A stretch of 63,637 bases of DNA, counting the filler, from Octopus bimaculoides (taxonomy: Eukaryota), in NCBI RefSeq assembly GCF_001194135.2. It is 7 parts of 7 records of this genome, joined end to end, with 100 filler letters (N's around TTAATTAATTAA, not from the genome) between each part and the next. Parts side by side here need not be neighbours in the genome. Positions count along the whole stretch, not along the records: positions 24,399 to 50,364 come from NC_068983.1; 6 more parts are not named here. One strand, given 5' to 3'. The notes beneath the pieces were generated by a model. That model was given only the letters and a program-made list of their open reading frames with translations, searched no databases and was not told where the DNA came from. Below are positions 24,525 through 37,084 of the stretch, piece by piece. Every line of letters begins with the position of its first letter. The stretch's first letter is position 1. A program made the position numbers and the translations under genes.

Positions 24525-24850
24525 AAGCTATAGGTGCATGGCTCAGTGATTGGAACGTCGGTCTCACAATGCTGAGATAGTGAGTTAGATTCCTGGACAG
24601 AACTGTGTGTTGTATTCTTGAGCAAGTAACTTAATCTAACGTTGCTCCAGTTCACTCAGCTGTAGAAATGATTTGCGACGTCACTGATGCCAAGCTGTAG
24701 CAGCCTTTTCCTTTCCTATGGACAACATCAATGGCATGGAAATTGGAGGCTTGTATTCATGGGTGACTGCTTGTCTTCTATCAACAACATTGCTCGGACT
24801 TGTGCCTCGGATAGCAACGTTCAAATCACAAGCACAATCCCATAGTCAGT
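24525..24850 (+). mobile_element. tRNA-derived SINE, family D-related
   Basis: ggtgcatggctcagtgattgg head; cttgagcaag...gttgctccagttcactcagctgtagaaatg CORE-like body. Confidence 0.6.
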
Positions 24851-25968
24851 CTTGACTGAAGTGGGCTTTTATCTCCCCCTTTTTTTTTCTTTTTTACACA
24901 GTTTGAGTAGGAACATTGTATTGAAATACAGAGCAATGTATCGACTGTGAAGATATTATTTACACATTCAGCACGAACATATTACCATGAGCAGAACAAT
25001 CACGGACTGACCAAAGCCTCGTGAGTGGCTCTAACAGGCAGAAATTGAAAGGAGCCCGTCCTATATGTATACATATATGTGTGTGCATGTGTGCCTGTGT
25101 GCATGTGTGTGTGTGGATGTTTTGTGTGTGTGTGCGAGCGAGCGCGTGTGTGTGCGAGCGCGCGCGTATGTGTATGTGTATACCTGTGCAGCACGTTAAA
25201 TAGACCAATAAAATAAATACCAGGCTTTAAAAATTAAGCACTGGAGTTGATTCATTCTACTAAAAAAATCTCTTTAGCTCTATGGCTGGCCTTTAGCATG
25301 ACAAACTAATATTTGGACGTTATGCCAATCTCTGTCAGTCTCTATCCAGAAAATGTATGATCTACTCCGAACACTTAAGGAAACTGAGGCCATGAAAAAT
25401 ATATTGCCCTACTAGGATCTTTAATGAATCACTTCTCCTACATAGGAACTTAAAGCTAATATGATATCCTCTCCATTTGTTCAGCTTCTAAATTAAATAG
25501 GTATGTGCAACAACAAGAGTTCAATAAAACAACACAATAGCACTCTTTGTTAAACTTAAAGGCACAATATTGAATGATATATGCAGATGTCTAATTCTAG
25601 AATTAATAACCATGAAAGTGAAATCCATCAAAGCATTAGCCATATCAAAGAGATTATAGGTATTGGTGTTGCTGTTGTTGAAGGGTGTTTTATGTAGAGT
25701 AAGCTAATGAATAACTAATGTTACGTTGTGCAAACTTGTGAATCTCTTTAAGGAGGCATGTGATTATTCTATCATAATCAATTATATGGAACATTTCGGA
25801 ATGTTTATCTTAATTTAATCTACATACTCTCAAATGGCTGATAAAAACTGTTGTTAGCATTCTTAATGGCATATTAGAACAGTATGTGTGTATGTGTGTG
25901 CAGGTGTATTTAACAATATTCATAAATGATATGTACAAACAGGCTTACATACGTACACACATTAACAA

Positions 25969-26036
<68 letters not shown>

Positions 26037-26505
26037 GCAAACAACACATACACACAAAAAATACCGATACGTATGTATATATATATATATATATATATAT
26101 AGTAAAGCTATTAGGCTTGCAACTGTACAATTTCAGCAGGCGTAGTACGTGTAATATTCTCAAATCAAAACATAATATAAATGTCAATGTATATGCTTCA
26201 GTACGTGTACTTTTCATTATTGAATAAACAAGGTTTAATGCATGTTTGTGTATTTACAAAAAATACATAATAAATTTCGCAATGAATTTAAATTATGACA
26301 TTATTTGTTTTCAAGTAATATCATGATATAATCTTAAAGACCTTATAATTTGCAATTCCTGTCAAACACATTGTGGTCACTTGAAGTTTGCATCAAATTA
26401 TAATACAAGCACTTATGCATGATGACGAAAACAAGCCTATATTAATCTGTCTGGAATTGGTGCTTACAATGTCTGATATAAATATAATGAAAATTGTAGT
26501 TAATA

Positions 26506-26565
<60 letters not shown>

Positions 26566-26639
26566 TGTGTTAATGTTTGTAAGTACGTGTTTGCATGTAT
26601 ATCTGTTGTGTGTGTATATTTGCAATGAAAAAGAAAGGG

Positions 26640-26711
26640 AGAGGTGAATGAATGAATGAATGGATGGATGGATGGATGAATAGATGGACAGATACATGGA
26701 CAGATGGATAA

Positions 26712-26767
<56 letters not shown>

Positions 26768-26828
26768 GTAGATAGATAGATAGATAGATTGATTGATTGA
26801 TTGATTGGTTGATGAAAATATATAGATA

Positions 26829-26863
<35 letters not shown>

Positions 26864-27017
26864 GAAAATATATAGATAGATTGATTGATTGGTTGATTGA
26901 TATATAGANNNNNNNNNNNNNNNNNNNNNNNNNNNNNNNNNNNNNNNNNNNNNNNNNNNNNNNNNNNNNNNNNNNNNNNNNNNNNNNNNNNNNNNNNNNN
27001 NNNNNNNNNNNNNNNNN

Positions 27018-27096
<79 letters not shown>

Positions 27097-27200
27097 GATA
27101 GATAGATAGATAGATGCATACATACATACACACACATACATACATACATACATACATACATACATACATACATACATACATACATACATACATACATACA
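26640..27200. repeat. Compound tetranucleotide array (GAAT, GGAT, AGAT, TGAT, ACAT) with gap
   Basis: Direct reading. Confidence 0.9.
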
Positions 27201-28234
27201 TGTATTCATACATACATGAAAAGTTACACGAAGACTTATACACTCATACATGTTTAAGAAAATGACTAAGATTCTATTAATTCTGTTTTGAAACTTAAAT
27301 TGTATTTTACAGTCTTCATCTATTTCATTATGTTGAAATGTTTTCTTTTCCTTGGAAGATAAAAAGCTTCCAATGATTGCTTTTCAATTACAGGCTTTAC
27401 TGAGATCTATTTTCAGTTTCAGCATCACATCTTTCCACATCTGACAATAAAAATCCGATCATAAGTATTTTTATTCATTTATTTATATATTTCAATTTCA
27501 TTTGCATCAGAGATTTCTATGTTGCAAGTCAAAACATCTTGCAAGTTAAATGAAATTACCCACCTTAAGAAGTTATATTTCTTGAACAAATAACATCACT
27601 AATATCCGAGTTTGTGAATGAAATATGGAATATAATGTTAAGTATTTCATATTACCTATATATCCTTAAGAAACATTTTATCAGTTATTTTAGGTATTCA
27701 ATGAGACACAGGTTCTATTGTACTTCAAAACCAGAGCTTTGTTTCATGCAATGTAACACACACACAAACACACACACACACACACACACACATACACACA
27801 CACACACGCACACACACATATATATACATATATATATATATAATATACGATATATATATAATATATATATANNNNNNNNNNNNNNNNNNNNNNNNNNNNN
27901 NNNNNNNNNNNNNNNNNNNNNNNNNNNNNNNNNNNNNNNNNNNNNNNNNNNNNNNNNNNNNNNNNNNNNNNNNNNNNNNNNNNNNNNNNNNNNNNNNNNN
28001 NNNNNNNNNNNNNNNNNNNNNNNNNNNNNNNNNNNNNNNNNNNNNNNNNNNNNNNNNNNNNNNNNNNNNNNNNNNNNNNNNNNNNNNNNNNNNNNNNNNN
28101 NNNNNNNNNNNNNNNNNNNNNNNNNNNNNNNNNNNNNNNNNNNNNCAAGCGCTATTATATATGATTTATAAAACATGACATATTAATAAAAAATCTGTAA
28201 ATGTACAACCATCCAGATCTCTGAGTACCTTATC

Positions 28235-28274
<40 letters not shown>

Positions 28275-28629
28275 CAGGCTGACAGACACGTAGACAGACA
28301 AGCAGCGAGACAGATAGATAGATAGCTACACCTCTATATACATATATATATCTTTTACCCTTTAGTTGCTTTTGTACCTTGAAGGGTTTTAATTGAAGAA
28401 ATCGGCATTAGTTCTTATAGTTGAATGTCTAATACTTATCATATCAGGCTGTTTTGCTGAACCAAAAATTACAGGGATGCAAACAAACCAATAGTGTCGA
28501 TGGGGAGTACAAACACAACTACATGCACAGATACACGTATTTATTTGTCATCTATTTAAGAGGATTGCACACGCCTAATTTCCTGTCTTGTGTATCTATC
28601 CATGAATAAAATAGGCATGCAAAGTCTGT

Positions 28630-29130
28630 TGCAAAGCACACATGGTTTACTTTGTCCACCACCAGTAAGAGCAATTTATTGTGCTTGAATTGGGATTTTG
28701 CAAATTTTCGACTGTTATTTCCTGTGGTTTGTAGTCATACCATATCTTCCCTCCTTTTTCTCAAAGTTTCCAACGAAGAGCTCATCATGTCACTACAACT
28801 TACACTGGTTTCGGGGAAATCTACAACATTCATATGGGCAATAGTTCCATCAAATTCATTATACACTTGGCATAGTGGAGACACATGTTCATTTCTAAAA
28901 CTGACCCTCTAATCTTGGGCTTTCACTGTAAGTATAGTATCCTCAGTTTCCTTTTTAAGTTCTCCTTTCTTTAACCACTCCTACATGTATCGTCCAGCAA
29001 CTTCACTTGTGGCCACATGTTTGTGTAGCCCTTTGTTCAGTAGAGCTTCTTCATGCCTTTCTTGTACTTCTTGTTTTGCTTTTCCTTTCCCCTGCTTCCA
29101 ATATGGCCACTTCTCTTACTACTACTATTA
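28630..29130 (-). pseudogene. R4/Dong-like RLE LINE fragment, zinc-knuckle region
   Basis: Minus translation WL/KKGELKKETEDTILTVKAQD*...HVSPLCQVYNEFDGTIAHM...LVVDK matches WLxxGxLKxETE...QDQ...CRxC...ETxxH. Confidence 0.75.
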
Positions 29131-29253
29131 AGGTTTCCTCACTTTGGGTAGATTTCTCAGCAACTTCCCCTATTTGATATACATGCAGTCTTCCACAATT
29201 ATCAATCCTTTTCTTTCATTTGCTCACTTCTATTATTATTATTATTATTATTG

Positions 29254-29619
29254 TTCAGTAGTTTTATTTTTATAACGTGCTTTCACTTCACTACCGAGCG
29301 CAGCTCTGTGCGCCTTGGGTATGTGCTGTGGTTTGCTGTGGTGCTCTTATGTTTACTGTATTGAAAGTGTTTTGCGTAGAATGTGTGCAGTACCCAGTAG
29401 TGCAATTTTCTGTATGTTATATATATTTGTAAGTCCTGCTATTTTTGTTATGTATTTGTCTGAATATTTTTTTATTATACCTAAGGCACCTACTATGATA
29501 GGAATTGTTTCTGTTTTTAGATTCCACATTCGAGTTATCTCTATTTCCAGGTCTTTGCATTTTGAAAGTTTTTCCATTTCTTTTAGAGAAACGTTGTCAT
29601 TTGCTGGTATTGATAATCA

Positions 29620-29622
<3 letters not shown>
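29254..29622 (-). mobile_element. Young 5'-truncated R4/Dong-like RLE LINE, near-identical to 23790-24144
   Basis: 4 substitutions over 355 aligned bp by manual comparison; (ATT)n on both sides. Confidence 0.9.
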
Positions 29623-29666
<44 letters not shown>

Positions 29667-30128
29667 GGTTTGGCTCAGGTTCGGTCTTATTCCTGGTAGG
29701 GATTATGTGGATAGTGAGTTCCTACTTGTAACCTTAGGTATCTAAAAGTTTTCAGCAGTCTTTCAAGTGCTTAGAAACCTCCTGATAATCCTTGCCGTTC
29801 CTAAGAGACAAACTTTCTGTAGGAGCTCTACCGAGCATTCTATTTCAATTTCCTTCAGTCATTTGTCTATATCTTGGCTTACTGTTTCCAGTTCACCAAT
29901 TATTATTGGCATGGCCTTAACTCTTCAGATGCTCCAAATTCTTCCTGATTAAAATTTTAAGGAATTGCATTGTTTCTTGATTTTTTTCTTTCTTTCTTTA
30001 TGATCCTGGAACCAAACGGGCATGATGGGTCAATAAATAAGCAGCTTCGCTTTCCCTTATTTATAATCGTTACGTCTGGTCTATTATTTTCTAACTTCTT
30101 ATCTGTTTGAATAGGAAACTTCCACAAA
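29667..30128 (-). pseudogene. R4/Dong-like RLE LINE 3' fragment with PD-(D/E)xK endonuclease region
   Basis: LWKFPIQTDKKLENNRPDVTIINKGKRSCLFIDPSCP...AMPIIIGELETV...LLQKVCLLGTARIIRRFLST*. Confidence 0.85.
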
Positions 30129-30129
30129 G

Positions 30130-30178
<49 letters not shown>

Positions 30179-30179
30179 T

Positions 30180-30420
30180 ACACTAGTGCATGCTAATTCA
30201 ATTAGCAGGTATGTTATCTTGATGTTTGGTGACAACAGATTTCTTCAAAATCTCAAAAATCTTCCTTATGATCCTTTCAGGACATAGGTGGGTACTTTCA
30301 GGCAGGATGACAATGCGAGTTTCAATTCCAATCTCTTTTAGTCTTTTAGATGGCATTTTAGGTGTTGTACCAGTCCACCAATTGCTACAAGAATAATTGT
30401 TGTCTTGGTCTTCCACACTC
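30180..30420 (-). pseudogene. RLE LINE 3' fragment ending in an (ATG)n tail
   Basis: GTTPKMPSKRLKEIGIETRIV...RIIRKIFEI; 3' UTR followed by (CAT)n on the plus strand at 30131-30178. Confidence 0.7.
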
Positions 30421-30566
30421 TCTTCAGTTCTGAATGCCGATAAGTATTTTTACCGGTTTGCTAAAAATTCAGCTAGCTCACCGCCATATTTACAGCGATA
30501 TAACTGAAAAACAAACAAAAAAAACTTAGGAAACAATAAAATTAAAGACAGAAATACTTGCGTTAA

Positions 30567-32035
30567 CACTCAGGAAGACAGAATTCGATGCCTGATGTAT
30601 TAGGCCTTGTTTATAGATAATTTTTGGTCAATGACTAAAAATGCCATCAGCTTTTTTACTCTATCCTTCATGGTTATCAAGATATATCAGTTACCTAATT
30701 GCTATGCATGCAACCGATCAAGCCCAAAGATTAATAGCAACAATTCATTATTGTTGCTTTTTGGATGGAAAAAATGGGAGTCATACAAGAATATGTTTAT
30801 TTATGTATCAGATAATAGTGAAACATGCATAGAAATTTATGATCGATACGATTTTCATTTACTCAAACACATCACAAAAGCGGTGATTTCGAAACTTCAT
30901 GCGATGAACTGCCTCAGGACAATCACATCGAATGGTAGAGAAGCAATCCACCATCATATGGGTATCCCAGTGTACCCGCTATCTTTCTTCCATAGTACTT
31001 AAGCTGAAATCGTTCATCCTGTTTATCACTTGGGCGACCAAGTTTATTTGCGAAACGATTCAAGTGGCTGTGGGTATAATGCATTTCATTTTGATGTTCA
31101 TTGTTCATAAAGCAGACAAGTCGACGGAAAGAAGAGATTTCGTCTCCACTAGGTCAGAGTAGATTCCTGCTTTATGGCTCACAAGAAAATTAGGAAAGAG
31201 TGAATGAAACCATGAATCTGCCTTAGCATTGTTCATTCACTCATGGAAATGTGGATATTCCTTGAGTTCCCTGATTTGCGACCCGTCGAAAATACCGACC
31301 TCCGGCTTCTTTATACTCAACGCTGGTAATTTTCTGCATATGCAGTCAAAGCACTTCCCTTCTTTGTTCAAACCCTTCGCAAACCAATTCAGTAAACCTA
31401 GTTTGATGCGCAGTGGTCAACCACGAGTTCTGCGATTATATTCTTTTCTCCAGTGACCATGCTTATTTTTGTTGTTTTTATTCTCGGAGGTCATTGCTTC
31501 CTCACGCAGTGCTCTACTTAGATCTACTAACCCAGCAACAGATAAAGCGGGGATACTTGGTGCATCCATTCTGCTGAGAAAATTCAACATCTTTAGATCC
31601 ACACAGATAGACATTGGTGATCGTGTTAGGATATCATTCGTAAGACAAGGGCGTATGTTTCCTCCTGCTCATTTGTCTTAGTTGAGTGACCAGTTAGGAT
31701 AGATCCATATTTGCTGTTATTATGTAGAAGAACACAGAATATCTCTGCGTAGGTCTATGTATGAATAACCGCAATTCACTTCGTTCATATTTTGTTATAT
31801 CCCTTTCATCAGCAAGAATTGAACATCATTGAAGAAACGAAATTATTTTCCTCACAGAAGAAAAGCAATAAATCCATTTCCCTATTGTGATAGCGCGTGA
31901 TTTTGGTTAAGAGCATTATCTTAAAAACTAGCGGTACTAGAAACAAATGAAAGTCATATTCTTATTCAGTGGCCGCATAGTGGGTGAACATATCTAAAAT
32001 CTGAGGTACCAAAAAACGTTTTTGTACCCAGTGTG
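30567..32035 (-). mobile_element. Decayed CMC-superfamily (Chapaev3-like) DNA transposon; transposase remnant about 30830-31920
   Basis: Piecewise minus translation YID.../VLLHNNSKYGSI, ICVDLKMLNFL/QQNGCTKYP, PLRIKLGLLNWFAKGLNKEGKCF, GIFDGSQIREL, MHYTHSHLNRF...SDKQDERFQ, HWDTHMMVD; CAC-type ends; superfamily assignment is from recalled motifs. Confidence 0.75.
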
Positions 32036-32646
32036 TAATATAAAATGACAAAAACGATTCTCGAATAGAAAGAACCGGTGAAAAAAAACTAAATTGAGTA
32101 AAATATTCTGTTCACTATATTATACGTCTTTCTTTCACAATACATAGCCAACGAGGAGGCTTTCTTTGCTCGATTTGCTAGATGTAGCAGTCTAACATTC
32201 CTAGAAACAGAACTTGTCATATTAAAAACCAACATACATTATTTCTAAAACAAAATAAAACCTAGTTTGATTTCATTTATTCATACGTCTATTAGATCAG
32301 GGCCAACGTCGGATAAAAGAAAACCAATTCATCGACATAACTGTTAAGAAAATAATTATTTCTCACCCATTTTATCAGTTGTTCAGCATATATTGGCAGC
32401 TATTTCCGGCACTCACTTAGTCACTCTCAGAATAATTTTTAAATGATGTGGCTTTATTCACCATATTTCATTGCGGTAGTCAAAACTAACGTAATTATCA
32501 ACAAATTTTTCAAATTTTTATCACCTGTTTACATTATTAAACTCATTGCAGGAGAAATATATATTACCGAATATCTGATAAAATATCCTATGAAGTGGAA
32601 ATACCATTTGATGCTAAACTCATTTTACATAATCACAGAAATTTTT

Positions 32647-32649
<3 letters not shown>

Positions 32650-32720
<71 letters not shown>

Positions 32721-32745
32721 CTCTCCCTCTCTCCACACACACACA
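32650..32745. repeat. (CT)n/(CA)n microsatellite abutting a large gap
   Basis: Direct reading. Confidence 0.9.
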
Positions 32746-33671
32746 NNNNNNNNNNNNNNNNNNNNNNNNNNNNNNNNNNNNNNNNNNNNNNNNNNNNNNN
32801 NNNNNNNNNNNNNNNNNNNNNNNNNNNNNNNNNNNNNNNNNNNNNNNNNNNNNNNNNNNNNNNNNNNNNNNNNNNNNNNNNNNNNNNNNNNNNNNNNNNN
32901 NNNNNNNNNNNNNNNNNNNNNNNNNNNNNNNNNNNNNNNNNNNNNNNNNNNNNNNNNNNNNNNNNNNNNNNNNNNNNNNNNNNNNNNNNNNNNNNNNNNN
33001 NNNNNNNNNNNNNNNNNNNNNNNNNNNNNNNNNNNNNNNNNNNNNNNNNNNNNNNNNNNNNNNNNNNNNNNNNNNNNNNNNNNNNNNNNNNNNNNNNNNN
33101 NNNNNNNNNNNNNNNNNNNNNNNNNNNNNNNNNNNNNNNNNNNNNNNNNNNNNNNNNNNNNNNNNNNNNNNNNNNNNNNNNNNNNNNNNNNNNNNNNNNN
33201 NNNNNNNNNNNNNNNNNNNNNNNNNNNNNNNNNNNNNNNNNNNNNNNNNNNNNNNNNNNNNNNNNNNNNNNNNNNNNNNNNNNNNNNNNNNNNNNNNNNN
33301 NNNNNNNNNNNNNNNNNNNNNNNNNNNNNNNNNNNNNNNNNNNNNNNNNNNNNNNNNNNNNNNNNNNNNNNNNNNNNNNNNNNNNNNNNNNNNNNNNNNN
33401 NNNNNNNNNNNNNNNNNNNNNNNNNNNNNNNNNNNNNNNNNNNNNNNNNNNNNNNNNNNNNNNNNNNNNNNNNNNNNNNNNNNNNNNNNNNNNNNNNNNN
33501 NNNNNNNNNNNNNNNNNNNNNNNNNNNNNNNNNNNNNNNNNNNNNNNNNNNNNNNNNNNNNNNNNNNNNNNNNNNNNNNNNNNNNNNNNNNNNNNNNNNN
33601 NNNNNNNNNNNNNNNNNNNNNNNNNNNNNNNNNNNNNNNNNNNNNNNNNNNNNNNNNNNNNNNNNNNNNNN

Positions 33672-33708
<37 letters not shown>

Positions 33709-33850
33709 ACACACATATGTACGCACGTACAGACATACCTACACACTTAAATCTGCCAGTTCTTAATAATGTGAAAGAACTCAGCATTCACCTTTCACAA
33801 AGACTATCTGATATACATACAATATATACTTGTGTGTGTGTGTGTGTGTA

Positions 33851-34370
33851 GGGTTGGCCAAATCGTGCCTTCGGGTTTTTCCAGCTAACATCAGTGTGTC
33901 GTTTGCGCACGCACACTTGTTAGATACTTGGAACTTCAATGTCGTCCAACGCAAAAATGTCACGAGGTAGGTTGCATTTTGTGTGCTTGCGATCACCTTG
34001 AAAATGGAGAACCAATCGAACATTATCAACATCTTGTACTTTTTTCTTTTAAATGAGGCACGAAAGCGATGGGAACTTTCAGGAAGATATGCACCCTCAA
34101 CGTAGAGTATCCTGTTACGGAAGTTGTGTGGGAGAGTTGGTTTTCAAGATTTCTACCAGGAAACTTTTCGGTTCAAGATGCCTCTCACTATGTTTGGTGA
34201 AATGAGATTAACGGCAACAAAATGAAGGCTTCAGTCGACACCAACCCCCATCATACACTCAAGATTATCGCAGATATTCACCAACTATCCAAATACCGTG
34301 TTAAAAATCATCTGCATCGACTTGGTTACACCAACAGGTTTAACGTTTGGGTCTCGTATTAATTCTTACG
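33851..34370 (+). mobile_element. mariner 5' remnant: TIR plus degraded DNA-binding domain (ATG 34004)
   Basis: TA|GGGTTGGCCAAA...TCGGGTTTTTCC TIR-like; MENQ.../WESWFSRFLPGNFSVQDA...KMKASVDTNPHHT...NHLHRLGYTNRFNVWV, corresponding to mariner WFxRF.SG...NP..T...HL..LG...WVPHEL. Confidence 0.8.
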
Positions 34371-34439
34371 TGGCTAACCTCGCCGAACAGTTTACCATCT
34401 GAATATTCCGATGAATGTTTAATCTCATTCTTAAAGTGA

Positions 34440-34760
34440 GTTTAGCTTGTCCATTGTAGTCTTCTCTGCACCCATTGCATTTGATGACATATATTAAAAT
34501 TTCTGAAGAGCAAATACAATGTTTTTTTGTTTTTTTTCAGATTATAAACTTGTTCTGATAAAGTTACACAATTGGATCGGAGACACTTAACTGTTGTAGT
34601 TGAATCCGTCGTTGGTCGTTTCGCTTTGGTAAGAAGTATTTGGGTGGGGAGGACTACGGTTGCCTTTTCCATTTGATTGCTTTGTGTAACTTTTAGATTC
34701 TTGGCTCTTGGCTCAATAACGCCATGCTCTGATGGATAATGCTGAACGTTTCATTTTCTT
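34440..34760 (-). pseudogene. Penelope-like element GIY-YIG endonuclease fragment
   Basis: Minus translation KCLRSNCVT...SSEILIYVIKCNGCREDYNGQA matches the PLE pattern C...C...N(L/V)IY.I.C..C...YIGQT. Confidence 0.7.
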
Positions 34761-35544
34761 AGGTTATGTGTTGTAATTAAAGACAGAGTTATAGGTGCAC
34801 ATATATATATATATATGTATGTNNNNNNNNNNNNNNNNNNNNNNNNNNNNNNNNNNNNNNNNNNNNNNNNNNNNNNNNNNNNNNNNNNNNNNNNNNNNNN
34901 NNNNNNNNNNNNNNNNNNNNNNNNNNNNNNNNNNNNNNNNNNNNNNNNNNNNNNNNNNNNNNNNNNNNNNNNNNNNNNNNNNNNNNNNNNNNNNNNNNNN
35001 NNNNNNNNNTATATATATATATATATATCCATCTATCGATCTATTTATCTCTCTGCGTGTGTGTGTGCGCGCGTGTGTGTATTCTTCACTTTCAATATAT
35101 AGACAGAATTCTTAATGACTGAGAGTGGGTAGCTGGAGTCATATGCTTATCTTAGAATTTTCGTATGGTTGTGTTTAACCTTCTATCTAGGTAATTTATT
35201 ATGCTTACGTTTCTTTAGATGCTTATTTAGATGTTGGATTCTTTTATGGCATACATACATCATTTTCTCTGAATTTCTCTAATTAGTCTCTGCCGATGAG
35301 CTTAGGAGATGGCAGAATTATCATCTCTGTAGAAATCTATACTGAGTTGGTTCGCTTATTTGTACATTCTTCTCGTTTGCATAGAAATGACAGTTTCTCT
35401 CTCTCTCTCTGCCTCTTTATAGCGTCCCATGTCTGCATCAATGATTTTAAACACATATATTTAAAAGATGTTGGTCCTCAAAATTTAGGCTTAAGGCCAA
35501 CAACTATAAAACGAGGGAAGAAGTGGATTACATCGACCCTAGCG

Positions 35545-35695
35545 CTGAAAAGGTACTTATTTTATCGTCTTTAAGTGATGAAAGGAAAAGTTCACCTCCA
35601 CCGTATTTGAACGCAGAACGTAAAGAGCCAAAATAAATACCGCTAACCACTTTTCACGATGTGATAACTCTTCTGCCTACTCTCCGACTTTAATT
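35545..35695 (-). mobile_element. SINE family C, degraded
   Basis: ggtacttattttatcg...gatgaaagg...atttgaacgcagaacgtaaag...aaataccgctaa. Confidence 0.6.
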
Positions 35696-35776
35696 TGTAT
35701 AAATAATTCAGTCTAATTTTTGCAACATAACTTTTGAGCACTCAAATCCTAAGTAAATCCAAACCATTTATGCAAA

Positions 35777-35812
<36 letters not shown>

Positions 35813-35832
35813 TTGTGTTTTACACTTAAAGA

Positions 35833-36210
35833 AAATTACACTACCAATCAGCGAACCAAATCTACAAACAACTATCCCACAAAAATCAAATGCACACCCA
35901 TGTTGACAAAAACGTGACTTATGGCTAACGAACCGAAATAAATCAACCTTTTTGATCAACAACTTAAAAAACTACATACAAAGTAAAATCATTAAATAAC
36001 TCCAGCACAGTGAATANNNNNNNNNNAAATTACACTACCAATCAGCGAACCAAATCTACAAACAACTATCCCACAAAAATCAAATGCACACCCATGTTGA
36101 CAAAAACGTGACTTATGGCTAACGAACCGAAATAAATCAACCTTTTTGATCAACAACTTAAAAAACTACATACAAAGTAAAATCATTAAATAACTCCAGC
36201 ACAGTGAATA
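35833..36210. other. Exact 184-bp duplication around a 10-N gap (probable unmerged contig overlap)
   Basis: 35833-36016 appears identical to 36027-36210. Confidence 0.8.
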
Positions 36211-36500
36211 GGAGTAAAACTGTTCTAAACGAACCTCAAATAATATATAAAAAAATCTTTTCAGATACCAAAGCAACATATTTTCATAAAAGCTAGTAAA
36301 TTTGAAAAACAGGAAATACGTTGAATCAACTGAAGAAAAATTCCCTTTTGTTACCAAAACAGCAAATAGTGTTTCCTGACAAATATATTTATAAAAGTAA
36401 AGACAATAAAAGCTCAAAACTCAAATTTTTAAGCAACCAATAGAATGGTGAAAAGCTGAAAAGTGCCCCTGACAAAATAAGTATAACAACATAACAAGCA
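36027..36500 (+). pseudogene. Possible highly degraded Penelope-type RT remnant
   Basis: Scattered pieces (NLQTT, LKKLHTK, IIK*L..TVNR, FPDKYIYK) in the order expected for a PLE RT C-terminal region; weak. Confidence 0.25.
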
Positions 36501-37084
36501 GCAAACCAGCCAACAAAATACACAACCACAATCAACGCCCTAATTCAAACAAAATAATAAAAAAATAACACCAGAGATTAATATGTAGCAACAAGAGGCA
36601 TTATCAAATAATAGTCAACACTGATGAATGCGCAATAACATAATCTCTCTTAAATGTGACAGTTCTAAGTTCACTATCGTTGTAGTGTGAGATCTGAATC
36701 GCGAGAAATGCATTAACCATGTTGTGTCCGCCATGTATCCAATCTCTCTTCTTATTTGTCAACAGAATTGTAAAACTATATTATATACAGACGCATAAAT
36801 ACGCACGCGCGCACACACACACACACACGCGCACACATACACACACTCACACAAGTATATATTTGTATGTGTGTGTGTACATATATAGGCATAGGCAAAA
36901 ATACGCGCGAGCTCGCATACACATATGCATACTCTCTCTCCCTCTCTCTCACACACATATACACACAACTAAGTGATGAAAAGTACTTTTATTATTTATA
37001 CAAATTCAGCCGAGATCGACCGTACCTTTCATTCTTTCGGCATCGGTAAAATAAGTACCAGTAGAGCATTGGGGTTGACGTATT

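Noticed and set aside
30607-31681. Plus-strand ORFs of 63-131 aa
   Set aside because: Antisense shadows of the decayed Chapaev3-like transposase
35833-36210. 184-bp tandem duplication as a biological event
   Set aside because: The copies look identical and abut a minimal 10-N gap, typical of an unmerged overlap
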